Of a stretch of DNA of 64,000 bases, positions 1 through 10,737 are shown one piece after another. The DNA is from a virus (lineage: Duplodnaviria > Heunggongvirae > Uroviricota > Caudoviricetes), in IMG/VR virus record IMGVR_UViG_3300020451_002055; one strand, written 5' to 3'. Under the pieces are notes generated by a model. It was not told the DNA's origin. It was given only the letters and a program-made list of their open reading frames with translations, and made no database searches. A program made the translations under genes and the position numbers. Position 1 is the first letter of the stretch. Every line of letters starts with the position of its first letter.

Positions 1-99
1 CGCGGAACTAAGAACATGATAGAGACCGCCAAAACTAAAGGCCTCAAAGTCTACGTTCACAAATACCGACAAGAATCTATATGGGATGACCTTTTCTAA
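1..99 (+). CDS. C-terminal fragment of a SLOG/DUF2493-like protein (partial)
   Basis: Frame 1 reads RGTKNMIETAKTKGLKVYVHKY...LF*, resembling the S/RGT..MI..A...G..V C-terminus of SLOG-family proteins. Confidence 0.5.
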   Translation, partial: RGTKNMIETAKTKGLKVYVHKYRQESIWDDLF

Positions 100-109
100 G
101 GAGTCAAAG

Positions 110-307
110 ATGCTATACAAATCATCAGATGCAGACAATAAACCAAACCTGACAGTATTGAGTCAACTCATGGAAGAACATGGGAGAAACTCAGAAGAGG
201 TTCAAGCGTTCTTGGATCTCTACGCCAACGATGAAGAATTCATGTCTCGGGCACGCCAACTGATATCTTCGAGACTAGCTGAAGAATGCGAAGGAGAGAA
301 CGAATGA
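110..307 (+). CDS. hypothetical protein
   Basis: ORF preceded by AAGGAG; stop overlaps next start (ATGA). Confidence 0.6.
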   Translation: MLYKSSDADNKPNLTVLSQLMEEHGRNSEEVQAFLDLYANDEEFMSRARQLISSRLAEECEGENE

Positions 308-1014
308 CGACGGTAATCGAGTTTTTGAATGAGGACAGAGCAAAAGCCTGCGCCCAAGAGATCATGACTGCTTTCGAAAAGCAGGGCAGCAGCGAGACGA
401 TCGAGGTAGACTTCAATCTTAGCAAGGGCAAGATGGTTGAGCCTCTTGATCAAGCAAACACCTGGTTCAAGTTTGACTGTCGAGATGCTGGCGGAGCCCT
501 TCAGGAGGTATTCGAGTTCCTTACTGAACTTTGGCGGGATGAATCGACCACCGAAGAGGATGCTGAGAGAGTAAGAGAGTTCGAAAGGCTGGTTGTTTCA
601 TTCATTGAATCCATGACCAATGCGGAAACACTGGGCACTATCCTGCGTCAATCAGTATTCAAGTCCGTTCCGGCTGAACTCTTGCCAATCAAGGAGTTTC
701 GTTTCCATCGAGTCGAGTTTGCAGGTGAAGATGAGCAAGGCTATCTTTTGAAGGTAGAAAAACTTGCCAAGGTTGATCCGGAAACGGGTCAATATATCGA
801 CACGCCGCAGACTGTAGCGAAGGAACTAATCCAGATACATACCGAGACAGGCAAAGACTTCAAGGACATCATTGAGGAAAAGCGACTCGCAGGAGATGCG
901 AGGTACGAGTTCGTCGCTGATGCTCGCCTGGAACGGTATGTAAGGGATGTCACGGTTACGTTGTCTGCGGATTACTCGTTCTGCGAGAATCCAGCCCATG
1001 AGTCAACAGCCTGA
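304..1014 (+). CDS. hypothetical protein
   Basis: Long acidic ORF, GGAGA upstream of ATG 304. Confidence 0.75.
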   Translation: MTTVIEFLNEDRAKACAQEIMTAFEKQGSSETIEVDFNLSKGKMVEPLDQANTWFKFDCRDAGGALQEVFEFLTELWRDESTTEEDAERVREFERLVVSFIESMTNAETLGTILRQSVFKSVPAELLPIKEFRFHRVEFAGEDEQGYLLKVEKLAKVDPETGQYIDTPQTVAKELIQIHTETGKDFKDIIEEKRLAGDARYEFVADARLERYVRDVTVTLSADYSFCENPAHESTA

Positions 1015-1543
1015 TCCGTCAACTCTCCGCCTAGTCATCTACCCGCATCCGGCTCTCGTAGAGATGTGTCAGCCGGTTGATGACCCGACAAGCCAATACA
1101 TTCAAGACTGCATCGCACGCATGAAGACCGTCCTGAAGTCTATGCCTAATGGTATTGGGCTAGCGGCATCTCAGGTCGGTCTTTTACTGCGCATCTACGT
1201 TGCCTATGACAAACTAGAGCCAGGAAATCCCGGCGACCTGGTCGCATACATCAATCCGGAGTTCGAGCCGCAATCGGTTTTGACTCCCGCGATCGAGAAT
1301 GAAGGATGCCTCAGCTTTCCGGGCATTACTGGCGATGTCATGCGCCCTCCGAGCGGTAAGCTCAGCTATATCAACGAGCAAGGCGAACAGGTGCAGGAAG
1401 ATGTCGAAGGCTTGAAGGCACGATGCGCTCAGCATGAGATCGACCATCTCAACGGGATTTCGCTTGTTCAGAGCATGACCGACGAGTCAAAGAAGAAGGC
1501 TCGCGCAGCAATTGATCGCCTTGGCAAAAGACGCCGCCGTTAG
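998..1543 (+). CDS. def: peptide deformylase
   Basis: Motifs GIGLAASQVG, EGCLS, QHEIDHLNG. Confidence 0.95.
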   Translation: MSQQPDPSTLRLVIYPHPALVEMCQPVDDPTSQYIQDCIARMKTVLKSMPNGIGLAASQVGLLLRIYVAYDKLEPGNPGDLVAYINPEFEPQSVLTPAIENEGCLSFPGITGDVMRPPSGKLSYINEQGEQVQEDVEGLKARCAQHEIDHLNGISLVQSMTDESKKKARAAIDRLGKRRRR

Positions 1544-1572
1544 TTGCAGGTGTCAATCAGATCGTATAGAGT
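1544..1572 (+). promoter_or_regulatory. sigma70-like promoter for envelope cassette
   Basis: TTGCAG-17 nt-TAGAGT. Confidence 0.5.
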
Positions 1573-1632
1573 GCTACGAACGAGTCTTGGGTGGCAAGGC
1601 TTGTTTCGACGGAACCCTTACGGAGAACCATC

Positions 1633-3468
1633 ATGTTGAGGCATCTGCTTCCGCTGATCGCCTGCATCGCAGCGATCTTGTCCCCGAACTCGGCGTTCGC
1701 CCAAGGCGAGCGCTTTGCCGACCTGGTTGGCAATGTGCAAGTCGGCGAGGTTCGCTCGACCGACAATCTGCAGGTTCCCTACATTCTGTGGGGAGGCGAC
1801 TACGCAACTTTCTACGCCAACGGCGGTCTTGAAACGAGCAACGGCACCATCTATGACCGGCTCGGTCTCGACATCAACCTCACTCCCGGCGATGACTTCG
1901 TTCAGCAGGTCCGCGATTACATGAGCGGTAAGTCGCCGTTCCTTCGCGGAACCTTCGGCATGGTTTCCATGGCGAGCGAAGTCATCAACAGCGACCCGAG
2001 GACCGAGGGCGTTGTCCTTTTTCAGATGACATGGAGCGCGGGCGACCATATCGTTGCCCGAGGCAACAAGGTTCGGACGCTCACTGACATCAAGGGTACG
2101 ACCGGCATCCTGCAACGAGGCGGTCCCCACGTTGGCCTTGTCGAGGACATGCTTCGCACCGCTCAGTTGACCTGGAATGACATCAATGTCATTTGGGTTG
2201 ATGATCTGACCGGCCCCAACGGTCCTGCTGAAAAGTTCCGCAATGATTCCAACATTGACTGGTGCGCCGTCATTACGCCCGACATGCTCGGTCTGACCGG
2301 CGGCTTCGAGTCAACCGGCAACGGCGTTGAGGGAACCGTCCGAGGCTCTCGGGTCATTCTCTCGACCGCGGAACTTTCTCGGGCCATCGCGGATGTCTAT
2401 GTCGTCCGCTCTGACTTCCTTCGAGACAACTACGAGTTCTGCGCCAACTTTGCCGCCGGATACCTCAAGGGCGTCGAAGAGGTCATCGAGCATCGCAAGG
2501 CATGGGAGAGCCGAGGCTCGCAGGAATACGAAGACCTGCTTCAAATGGCTCAGAACATCTACGGTGCCGACATTCTTCCGACCCTCGAAGAAGATGCTCA
2601 TGGACTGCTCATCGATTGCACCTTCGTCGGGCACCCTGGCAACGTTGCCTTCTTCACCGACCCGAACAACCAGACCGGCTTCGGCGAGTTCGTTGCCAAC
2701 CGCATCGGCATGTCTCGGGAACTCGGCATCATCGGCGATGGCCGTCTGCAACCCTCTTCTCTCGATTGGGAGTCGAACAAGTTTGTCGGCTACCTCGCCA
2801 AGACTGATATCGTCAGAACCGAACGCTTCAACCCGGAAGCAGTCCTCAGCGAAATCGAGGCTCTGAACTCCGGAGCCCTCGATAGTCGTACCCGTCTCTC
2901 TTTCGAGATCGGTTTCGCAGCCAATCAGGATCAGTTCACCGCTGCTCAGTACGCTACCGATTTCGATCGAGTCATCGAGAACGCTGGTCGCTTCGGTAAT
3001 GCCGCCATCATCATCCGAGGCCATAGCGACCCGACTCGCACGCTTCTCGAAGCTGTCCGAGCGGGAATCGACTCCGGCGTCATCGAGCGTCGAGGCGGCA
3101 GCGGCAACTACACCTACTACATCAATGGTCGTCAACTCGACCTGACTGATACTCAGAAGATTGCTGACCTTGTTACCTCCGGCGCACTCGATCGTTCGGC
3201 TCAGTACGATCCGAGACGCTACTACTCCGCTGCTCAGACGCTCAGCCGTCAGCGGGCGGAAGAGGTCAAGAACCAGATTCTTGCCTACGCGCGTTCGAAG
3301 GGCATCACTCTCGATGAGTCGCAGATTCAGCCGCAGGGCGTTGGTATCGTTGACCCGGTTGTTGCCAAGCCGAGCAACGCAGCCGAAGCCGCTCAGAACC
3401 GTCGCGTCGAGTTCCGTCTTGTCCGGGTTTCCGCCGAGACGATGAACGAGTCTGATTTCGACTTCTGA
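1633..3468 (+). CDS. secreted ABC substrate-binding (NMT1/SsuA-like PBP-II) protein fused to C-terminal OmpA-like domain
   Basis: Signal peptide; PBP-II features (TWSAGDHIV, IADVYVVRSDF); OmpA-like IRGHSD...LSRQRAEEVK...NRRVEF. Confidence 0.8.
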   Translation: MLRHLLPLIACIAAILSPNSAFAQGERFADLVGNVQVGEVRSTDNLQVPYILWGGDYATFYANGGLETSNGTIYDRLGLDINLTPGDDFVQQVRDYMSGKSPFLRGTFGMVSMASEVINSDPRTEGVVLFQMTWSAGDHIVARGNKVRTLTDIKGTTGILQRGGPHVGLVEDMLRTAQLTWNDINVIWVDDLTGPNGPAEKFRNDSNIDWCAVITPDMLGLTGGFESTGNGVEGTVRGSRVILSTAELSRAIADVYVVRSDFLRDNYEFCANFAAGYLKGVEEVIEHRKAWESRGSQEYEDLLQMAQNIYGADILPTLEEDAHGLLIDCTFVGHPGNVAFFTDPNNQTGFGEFVANRIGMSRELGIIGDGRLQPSSLDWESNKFVGYLAKTDIVRTERFNPEAVLSEIEALNSGALDSRTRLSFEIGFAANQDQFTAAQYATDFDRVIENAGRFGNAAIIIRGHSDPTRTLLEAVRAGIDSGVIERRGGSGNYTYYINGRQLDLTDTQKIADLVTSGALDRSAQYDPRRYYSAAQTLSRQRAEEVKNQILAYARSKGITLDESQIQPQGVGIVDPVVAKPSNAAEAAQNRRVEFRLVRVSAETMNESDFDF

Positions 3469-3496
3469 TCAACCTGAAACAAAGAAAGGAGAAGTC

Positions 3497-4405
3497 ATGA
3501 ACAGGCTCATTGCAATCGTTTTGACAGTCTGCTGCCTGTCGTTGCCCGCTTGGGCTCAGAACGACGAGGTATACCGGGACAATGTTGTCCTCCTCATCGA
3601 CGATTCGGGGTCCATGGATGATGGCATGCGATCATCAACGGGTCGCGAAAAGAAAATGGATGTCGCCAAGCGAGCAATCATCCAAGTTCTCGGCCAAGTC
3701 CCCGAAGGCACGAATGTCGGCATCGTCACTTTCCGCCGCAATGTCATCTACCCGCTTGGGCCGGTTGACATGAACAAGGTTCGTCAAGCCGTCAACTCGG
3801 TTCAGCCCGGAGGCGGAACGCCTCTCGGCGAATACATGAAGAGCGGCGCTGATATGTTGCTCAAGCAGCGGCAGAAGCAGTTCGGGTATGGCTCGTACAG
3901 GCTGCTCGTCGTAACTGACGGAGCCGCCAGCGATGAGCGGAAGATGAACAACTACGCTCCTGAGATCGTCGCCCGAGGCATCATCCTTGATACCATTGGC
4001 GTTGATATGAGTCAGAACCATTCGCTTGCTTCTGTCTCAAGCAGCTATCGCAAGGCAAACGACCCGGACTCTCTACAACGAGCGGTATCCGAAGTCTTTG
4101 CTGAGGTTGGGGGAACTGGTAAGGGCTCTGTCTCTCTCGATGAGGCGTTCAGAGAGTTGGAAAACTTCCCTGAACCGGCTGCCGTTGCCCTTGTCGGGGC
4201 TTTCCGCAGTACCGGCAACCACCCCATCGGAACCGAAGCTCCCAAGCCTCAGCAGTCCGCAAGAGGTTCGAGTTCTCAGTCTCCCGCGGGCGGAAATGCT
4301 CAGAGCAACGGCATTCCGGGCGTTGTCGTCGGCGTTGGAATCGGAGCCATCGTCCTTATCATCTTTGTCATGGTCATCATCGGCTCAGCCGGATCGAGGT
4401 ACTAA
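3497..4405 (+). CDS. vWA domain protein, signal peptide and C-terminal TM anchor
   Basis: MIDAS motif DDSGSM, GGTPL, VVTDG; hydrophobic C-terminus. Confidence 0.9.
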   Translation: MNRLIAIVLTVCCLSLPAWAQNDEVYRDNVVLLIDDSGSMDDGMRSSTGREKKMDVAKRAIIQVLGQVPEGTNVGIVTFRRNVIYPLGPVDMNKVRQAVNSVQPGGGTPLGEYMKSGADMLLKQRQKQFGYGSYRLLVVTDGAASDERKMNNYAPEIVARGIILDTIGVDMSQNHSLASVSSSYRKANDPDSLQRAVSEVFAEVGGTGKGSVSLDEAFRELENFPEPAAVALVGAFRSTGNHPIGTEAPKPQQSARGSSSQSPAGGNAQSNGIPGVVVGVGIGAIVLIIFVMVIIGSAGSRY

Positions 4406-4408
4406 GTC

Positions 4409-6016
4409 ATGGGCGGCAAGAAGCTGGTAATCATTGCCATCTGGCTTGTCGTCCTCCTAGCTGTTGGAGCGGTCCTCCGCTTCTTCGTCTTCCCGGCGCA
4501 GAAGCAGCAGCAGCTTGAGGCGACAAGCTCATCCAGTCAGTACGACTACGAGGTCGCTCTTGGCCTTGACGGGTTCTCTGGCTACGCAGTTCTTCGATCT
4601 GAGGAGTTTCAACGGAGACTTCGGCTCGATCGCATCCGCATTGAATACCGCGACGATGGAGCCGATTACTCCAAGCGAATCAAGGGTCTAGCCAACGGCG
4701 ATCTTGACCTGGCGGTGTTCACTCTCGATTCTCTAATCTCTTCGAGCATTGATTTGGGAGACCTGCCCGGCACAGTCATCCTTGTCATCGACGAGACAGC
4801 CGGAGCAGATGCCATTGTCGCCAAGACATCGCAAGTCCCCAACCTCCAAGCTCTCGATGACCCCGATGCTCGCATCATCGGAACCGGCAACTCCCCATCG
4901 GAGTTCTTGAGCCGAACGGTTCGAGCCAACTTTGACCTGCCCAATATGGGTCGCAACTGGTTCGAGGGCGTTGATGGCCCCGATGAGGTTATGAAGAAGC
5001 TTCGTTCGGGTAGTAGCGACCCAAGAGCCTACGCTCTTTGGGAGCCCTACGTCTCGCAAGCTCGCGAGATTCCGGGCGTCGAAGTCATCTTCGACTCATC
5101 CGCTGTTCAAGGCTACGTCATCGATGTCCTTGTTGCTCGACGAGGCTTCCTGACGGACAACTATGAGCAGGCTAGACGGGTCATTGAGGCTTACCTGAGC
5201 GCTTCTTACTCATATCGATCTGATCCAGACGGAATGGTCAACCTCGTCATGGAGGATGCTAAAGCTCTTGGCGAGCCTCTCCGCAAGCCTCAAGCCGAAG
5301 CCATCGTCGATGGTATTATCTGGCGGAACACGCTTGAAAACTTCGCTCACTTCGGGTTGCTTCAAAGACACGAATCGGGCGGCATTCCTCATATTGAGGA
5401 TGCAATCGTTGCCGTCAACGATGTTCTGATCCAAACCGGAGCCGTGCCGGACAATAACAAGGTTGTTGGGAGCGAGAACCTGCTTTACTTTGATCGGCTT
5501 GTCAGCGAACTCCAAAGCAGCCGATTCCATCCGGAAAAGACTCGTGCAAGTAGCGGAGCTACGCTCGGCGATGCTCTTTCGAGCTACGACCAGTCTCTTG
5601 AGGCGGTTCGATCGCAAAAAGAGCTTGAGCGTTTGACAGCGAGCGAATGGGATCAGCTTCGGGCAGTCGGGCAGATCAAGGCGGAACCGATTAGCTTCGG
5701 GCGCAATTCAACTCGTCTTTACCCGCAAGGTCAAAGAGACCTGAGGCAAATCTCTGATACTCTGCGGTCTTTCCCCAACTACTATCTCCAAGTCGTCGGG
5801 CACGTTGCCTTTTCGCCCGCACCCGACATGACTCAGGATGAAATCGAAGAGATCAGAAAAGCGAGTATGGATTTGGCTCAGACTCGCGCCGATGCGGTAA
5901 AGGAATACCTCATCTCAATCGGAGTCCATGAAAACCGCATCAGAGCGGTCGCGGCTCCGCCGACCCGGAACTCGAAGGGCTCAGTGTCCTTCCTTGTCGG
6001 ACAGAAGGCGTACTGA
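4409..6016 (+). CDS. membrane-anchored ABC substrate-binding protein with C-terminal OmpA-like domain
   Basis: N-terminal TM; DETAGADAIV, ALWEPYVS, IDVLVARR; OmpA-like VVGH...LAQTRADAVKEYL. Confidence 0.8.
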   Translation: MGGKKLVIIAIWLVVLLAVGAVLRFFVFPAQKQQQLEATSSSSQYDYEVALGLDGFSGYAVLRSEEFQRRLRLDRIRIEYRDDGADYSKRIKGLANGDLDLAVFTLDSLISSSIDLGDLPGTVILVIDETAGADAIVAKTSQVPNLQALDDPDARIIGTGNSPSEFLSRTVRANFDLPNMGRNWFEGVDGPDEVMKKLRSGSSDPRAYALWEPYVSQAREIPGVEVIFDSSAVQGYVIDVLVARRGFLTDNYEQARRVIEAYLSASYSYRSDPDGMVNLVMEDAKALGEPLRKPQAEAIVDGIIWRNTLENFAHFGLLQRHESGGIPHIEDAIVAVNDVLIQTGAVPDNNKVVGSENLLYFDRLVSELQSSRFHPEKTRASSGATLGDALSSYDQSLEAVRSQKELERLTASEWDQLRAVGQIKAEPISFGRNSTRLYPQGQRDLRQISDTLRSFPNYYLQVVGHVAFSPAPDMTQDEIEEIRKASMDLAQTRADAVKEYLISIGVHENRIRAVAAPPTRNSKGSVSFLVGQKAY

Positions 6017-6017
6017 C

Positions 6018-6782
6018 ATGAGATACTCTTACCGCAATCTCAAGAAACGGGTAGCGTTCGAGATCCTGACCGGATGGCTCGTTCTTGCCCCTCTCGCAAT
6101 CGGCCTGACCCTGTTGATCGGAACATGGGCGTTGAGTTTTGCGGCAAGCGGTCTCATGGCGGCTGTCGGAGGTCTGCTTACTCTTGTCTCGGGAGCAGTC
6201 TGGTTGACTCAGTTTTTCGGCAACAGAGAACCCGTTGAACAACGAGTCATTGCTAAGCTAAAAGCAGAAGAAGAGGCAGAGGATCGAGCTAGGCTCGATG
6301 AGCTTGATGCCCGATTGCAAGTCGATGGCGATCCTCGAACAGAGAATGCGCTGAGAGACCTGAGGCAGCTTCGCAGGACGATGCATAGCCTCGACTTGTC
6401 TGCCGATCTTATTGCGGCTGACTCGATCATCGAGGGTATTGACGAACTCTACGACGACTCGATCAAGGGTCTTGAAAAGTCTCTGGCATTGTCGAAGACA
6501 CTCAGAGGTCTATCAACAAGCGAGGCACGTTCGGCGATCGAATCTCAACGCGACAAAATCATCGGAGGCATTCAGCAGAGCATCGTCGAGATCGGAACGG
6601 TCATTGGCGACTTGCAGGTGTTGGCGGTTTCCGGCGATAATGATTCCCAATCGGAGCTTCGAGGGCGTCTCTCGGAGCAAATGGAAACCGTCAAGACAGT
6701 CCATCAGCGAATGCAGCGATGGCAGGCGGGCGACTTCTCAGAGATCGAGACAGATGATCTCAACCAGACAGTGGTGGCATAA
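6018..6782 (+). CDS. membrane protein (2 TM) with helical cytoplasmic domain
   Basis: Two hydrophobic segments then coiled-coil-like region; operonic. Confidence 0.75.
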   Translation: MRYSYRNLKKRVAFEILTGWLVLAPLAIGLTLLIGTWALSFAASGLMAAVGGLLTLVSGAVWLTQFFGNREPVEQRVIAKLKAEEEAEDRARLDELDARLQVDGDPRTENALRDLRQLRRTMHSLDLSADLIAADSIIEGIDELYDDSIKGLEKSLALSKTLRGLSTSEARSAIESQRDKIIGGIQQSIVEIGTVIGDLQVLAVSGDNDSQSELRGRLSEQMETVKTVHQRMQRWQAGDFSEIETDDLNQTVVA

Positions 6783-6802
6783 AAGCGAAGGAGGCTTAGG
6801 CC

Positions 6803-7642
6803 ATGTTTAAAGCACTCGGAAGACTACTCAGAACCATCGGTCACAAGATTTCGGGCGTCTTCGGTCGCAAGACCGAGAAGCTGATGAAAGATGCTGATAC
6901 GATGAAGGGCGCGTATCAGGATGTCATCGACGAGAAGAAGAGCCGCATCCAGCAGTACATGACTGCGGTCGGCGAAATGTCCGCTCAGAACGAGCGGCGA
7001 CTCTCGAAGATTACCCGCCTGAACGAAGAGGTCGTCCACCTCGAAAAGGTCATGGCGGGAGCCCTCGCCAAAGCCAAGAAGCATCAGGCGGACCTGACTT
7101 CGGCTGGCAAGACTCCGGAAGAGATCGCCCACGACGAGTTGATGATCAAGCTCAAAGGCGCATACGCAGACGCCAAGTCTACCTGCGATTCCAAGAAGGA
7201 GCAGATCGCTGGTCTCGAAGAAGAAATCCGCGAGAACAAGAAGCGGATCGGCTCGCACGAAGTCCAACTGCAGACCATGCAGCGCGAGATCCAGAAGCTC
7301 AAGGACGAGAAGAGCGAAGCCGTCGCCGATGTCAAGGCTGCGGAGTTCGAGCAGAGCATCGCCAACACCCTTTCGGGTATCAGCGAAGACAAGACCGACG
7401 AAACTCTCGAAATGCTCCGAGGCGTTCGTGACAACGCCAAGGGCAAGGCCGCGGTCGCCCGGTCGGTTGCCGGTAACGATGCCTCTGCTTTCGACAACGA
7501 ACTCGCCAGCTTCGGAGCCGATTCCGCTGGCGCAAGCGAGTTCGATGCTCTGCTCGCAGGCGACACGACCTCAACGACTGTTGAGACCGACGCTCCCGCC
7601 GAAGTCGAAATGGACCTCGGCGGCACCAAAACCGGCTCGTAA
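6803..7642 (+). CDS. PspA/IM30 (ESCRT-III-like) family coiled-coil protein
   Basis: N-terminal amphipathic MFKALGRLLRTIG helix, long coiled coil, acidic tail; GGAGG RBS. Confidence 0.7.
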   Translation: MFKALGRLLRTIGHKISGVFGRKTEKLMKDADTMKGAYQDVIDEKKSRIQQYMTAVGEMSAQNERRLSKITRLNEEVVHLEKVMAGALAKAKKHQADLTSAGKTPEEIAHDELMIKLKGAYADAKSTCDSKKEQIAGLEEEIRENKKRIGSHEVQLQTMQREIQKLKDEKSEAVADVKAAEFEQSIANTLSGISEDKTDETLEMLRGVRDNAKGKAAVARSVAGNDASAFDNELASFGADSAGASEFDALLAGDTTSTTVETDAPAEVEMDLGGTKTGS

Positions 7643-7704
7643 CAAGCCATCCGTACCCGTTCAGTCGATCCACCATCCATCTAACTCAAAAGGAGATTTC
7701 AAGG

Positions 7705-8769
7705 ATGATCCGGACACTCATTGGCATCGCAGCCCTCGCCATCAGCGGCAACGCCGTGGCAGCCGACCCTCCCGTCTTTACTCATGACTGGTCTGAGTAC
7801 CCGTCATGGTCCGTCTTCGGCGTTGCCGAAGAACTCGGCCTCATCAACAAGGATGAGGGAGAGATGGGGAGCATCGAGGAGAAGTACAACGTCGATATCG
7901 TTCTCCGCAGCAAGGACTACGATACCTGCATCACGCTCTTTACGAGCGGCAACTCCGACTCGACCTGTCTCACCAACATGGACTCCATGGCTCCGTCGCT
8001 CAGCATCCCGGCGACCATCGTCCTGCCGACCAGCAACAGCTACGGCGCGGATATGCTCATCGTCGATGACGACTCCGTGAAGACCATCGAAGACCTCAAG
8101 AACGTTCCCGTCCGGGGCCTCGAACTCAGCGTCTCGCAGTACCTCTTTGAGCGAGGCCTGCAAGTCAACGGCTTCGATCCCATCGACTTCGAGTTCCAGA
8201 ACATGGGGCCTGACGCGGCGGCAATGGCGTTGCAGCAGGACGACCCGGATGTCAATGCCATCGCCGTCTGGAACCCGTTTGCCTTGCAGACTCTCAACTC
8301 CCGAGAAGGCGTCCGCGTCCTGATCGACAGCCGCGCCATCGAGAACGAGATCATCGACTGCATCGTCGTCTCGAACAAGGCTCTCGAACGGGACGGCGGC
8401 GACCGGTACGTTCAGGCACTCATCGAAACCTTCTTCACGGTCGTCGATCGCATGAACGGTCAGGACCGTCAGGCTCGCGATGATACTCTCATCGCTCTCG
8501 GCGAACGGTTCAGCAACCTCGGCCTCCGCGACATGCGTCAGGTCGTTCGTCAGACCCGTTTCTACAACACGCCGCAGGAAGCCATTGCTCTCATGAGCGG
8601 CGAAGAAATCGTTGAGACCATGAACCTCGTTACCGACTTCGGCTACCGTCAGAGCATGGTTAGTCGCCGCCCGGTCATCGAGATCAACGGCGCAACGGTC
8701 ATCGGCGAAGGGGATGTTGATCTAAGCTTCGACCCCTCGCATCTGCAGACCTACATCGACAACAACTGA
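7705..8769 (+). CDS. ABC transporter substrate-binding protein (NitT/TauT family)
   Basis: Signal peptide; NSYGADMLI, AIAVWNPF, IIDCIVVS; AAGGAG RBS. Confidence 0.85.
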   Translation: MIRTLIGIAALAISGNAVAADPPVFTHDWSEYPSWSVFGVAEELGLINKDEGEMGSIEEKYNVDIVLRSKDYDTCITLFTSGNSDSTCLTNMDSMAPSLSIPATIVLPTSNSYGADMLIVDDDSVKTIEDLKNVPVRGLELSVSQYLFERGLQVNGFDPIDFEFQNMGPDAAAMALQQDDPDVNAIAVWNPFALQTLNSREGVRVLIDSRAIENEIIDCIVVSNKALERDGGDRYVQALIETFFTVVDRMNGQDRQARDDTLIALGERFSNLGLRDMRQVVRQTRFYNTPQEAIALMSGEEIVETMNLVTDFGYRQSMVSRRPVIEINGATVIGEGDVDLSFDPSHLQTYIDNN

Positions 8770-8781
8770 CCTGCTTTCCGT

Positions 8782-8804
8782 AGGGGCCTCCTTCGGGCCT
8801 CTAT
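8782..8804 (+). promoter_or_regulatory. intercistronic hairpin after SBP gene
   Basis: TAGGGGCC-loop-GGCCTCTA stem between SBP and permease. Confidence 0.4.
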
Positions 8805-8860
8805 GCCACCGGTTGGGCTCGCTCAGCGAGCGGGTCCAACCTTTTTACCCGGAGCCATCT

Positions 8861-9793
8861 ATGCGAATGATCAGACAACCCATCTCGAACCGGAGACGCT
8901 GGATTCTCGGCATCCTCTCCGTCATCATCCTCTTGGGAGGATATACCTGGCTTTCGCATCGCCAGCATGTCAAGAACCCCAAGGACGTTACGATTCCGTC
9001 TTGGAGTCAGCTTGCCGAAGGTTGGCAGAAGATCACTCGGATCAACCCGAGAATCATCGAGCAGCGAGAGCGATACGTTACCATCAAGGAACGTCGGTAC
9101 GATGTTCTTGAAGGCGAGACAGTCGAGCAAGCTCAAGCAAGATGGCAAGCTGAGGCAGAAGAGAAGTACGAGGGCGAGATTCCTCTGATCGCTGACTCTT
9201 ATGCGACGTTCAGACGGTTCCTGATCGCCCTTGCTGCAACGACAGTCATCTCGTTCGTCCTCGGAATCGGAATGGGAGGGTTCCGTAGCATCGATGCCCT
9301 CTTTACTCCGAGTTTGACATTCATCGGGAAGATTCCGCCTACGGCATCTCTTGCTGTCTTCTTCGCGATCCTCGGAACATCAGAGAATCTGTATACCGGA
9401 CTCATCATCTTCGGTACGCTTCCCATCCTTGCGACGAGCGTCATGCTTGTTGCTCAAGCGGTTCCCTCCGAGGAGATCAACAAGGCGTACACCATTGGGG
9501 CTTCTCATGCGGAGGTCATCTGGAACGTTATTGTTCGTCAGGTCTTTCCTAGCTTCCTCGACGCTGTTCGACTGACCATCGGTCCGATCATGGTCTATCT
9601 CATCGCCGCGGAAATGCTGGCGGCTGACGCCGGTATGGGATACCGCATCCGTCTCCAACTCAAGATCACAGAGATGGACGTTACTTACATCTACCTGGTC
9701 GTTCTTGCAGCCTTCGGCTTCGGAATGGACCTCGCCTTGCGGCTTACGCAGAGAATCTGTTGCCCATGGTTCAAGGAAGGAGCTAAGCCGTGA
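8861..9793 (+). CDS. ABC transporter permease (SsuC/TauC-like)
   Basis: Multiple TM segments; EAA-like AYTIGAS; LIAAEMLAADAGMGY. Confidence 0.9.
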   Translation: MRMIRQPISNRRRWILGILSVIILLGGYTWLSHRQHVKNPKDVTIPSWSQLAEGWQKITRINPRIIEQRERYVTIKERRYDVLEGETVEQAQARWQAEAEEKYEGEIPLIADSYATFRRFLIALAATTVISFVLGIGMGGFRSIDALFTPSLTFIGKIPPTASLAVFFAILGTSENLYTGLIIFGTLPILATSVMLVAQAVPSEEINKAYTIGASHAEVIWNVIVRQVFPSFLDAVRLTIGPIMVYLIAAEMLAADAGMGYRIRLQLKITEMDVTYIYLVVLAAFGFGMDLALRLTQRICCPWFKEGAKP

Positions 9794-10713
9794 GCGATAC
9801 GATCCTCGAAATCAAGTCAGTCTCCCATAACTTCGGCCCTACTCGGGTTCTTCATAACCTCGACCTTGAGATCAAGGCGGGCGAGATCGTTGGCGTTGTC
9901 GGACCTTCCGGCTGCGGCAAGTCAACGCTCCTCAGAGGCATTGTGGGGACGCATCCGCCCGCCCATGGAACGATCCGAGTCAAAGGCAGAGACGGCGAGA
10001 TGAAGGCCATCAGCAAGCCGAGCAGAGACATCGGCATCGTCTATCAGCATTACTCTCTGTTCCCCTTTCAGACAGCCCTCAAGAACGTCATGATGGGGCC
10101 GATGCTCGACGAGACGAGCATTTGGGGACGCTACCTTATGCCTTGGATTTGGCATGGCAAGAAGGGAGCCGTTCGTAGAGAGGCAGTTGAAATCCTTGAA
10201 CGCCTTGGGCTTGGCGAAGCTCTTCATCGCTACCCGCCTCAAATGTCTGGCGGCATGCAGCAGCGGACCGCGATCGCTCAGGCGATCATCATGAAACCTC
10301 GCATCCTTCTGCTTGACGAGCCCTTCGGCGCTCTTGATGAAGCAACCCGAGAACGACAGCAGAAAATGTTGCTTGAGTTCTCGATCGAGAACCGGAAGGC
10401 GAAAGCAGAGGGAAGAGAGCCGCCGTATACTGTTCTGATCGTGACGCATGAACTCAACGAGGCCATCTACGTTGGAGATCGAGTCATCGGTCTGAGCCAG
10501 TATTGGGACTGGCAAGCCGCCGGGCACCAACAATGCCCCGGAGCAACGATCGTCTACAACAAGCCTTGTCCGACGTTCGACCCGAACGATCCCAAGGATT
10601 ACGCAGATTTCGTTGACCAGAAAGACGAGATCATCGATACCGTTTTCGAACCTGATATTCGCAAGGTCCACGAGGATCTCGCGGAGATCGGGAAAGAAAG
10701 AGCCGCCGTCTAA
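9790..10713 (+). CDS. ABC transporter ATP-binding protein
   Basis: Walker A GPSGCGKS, signature MSGGMQQR, Walker B LLLDEPFGALD, H-loop VTH; GTG start. Confidence 0.95.
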   Translation: MSDTILEIKSVSHNFGPTRVLHNLDLEIKAGEIVGVVGPSGCGKSTLLRGIVGTHPPAHGTIRVKGRDGEMKAISKPSRDIGIVYQHYSLFPFQTALKNVMMGPMLDETSIWGRYLMPWIWHGKKGAVRREAVEILERLGLGEALHRYPPQMSGGMQQRTAIAQAIIMKPRILLLDEPFGALDEATRERQQKMLLEFSIENRKAKAEGREPPYTVLIVTHELNEAIYVGDRVIGLSQYWDWQAAGHQQCPGATIVYNKPCPTFDPNDPKDYADFVDQKDEIIDTVFEPDIRKVHEDLAEIGKERAAV

Positions 10714-10737
10714 CCACTTTTCAAGGAGATATCGCCA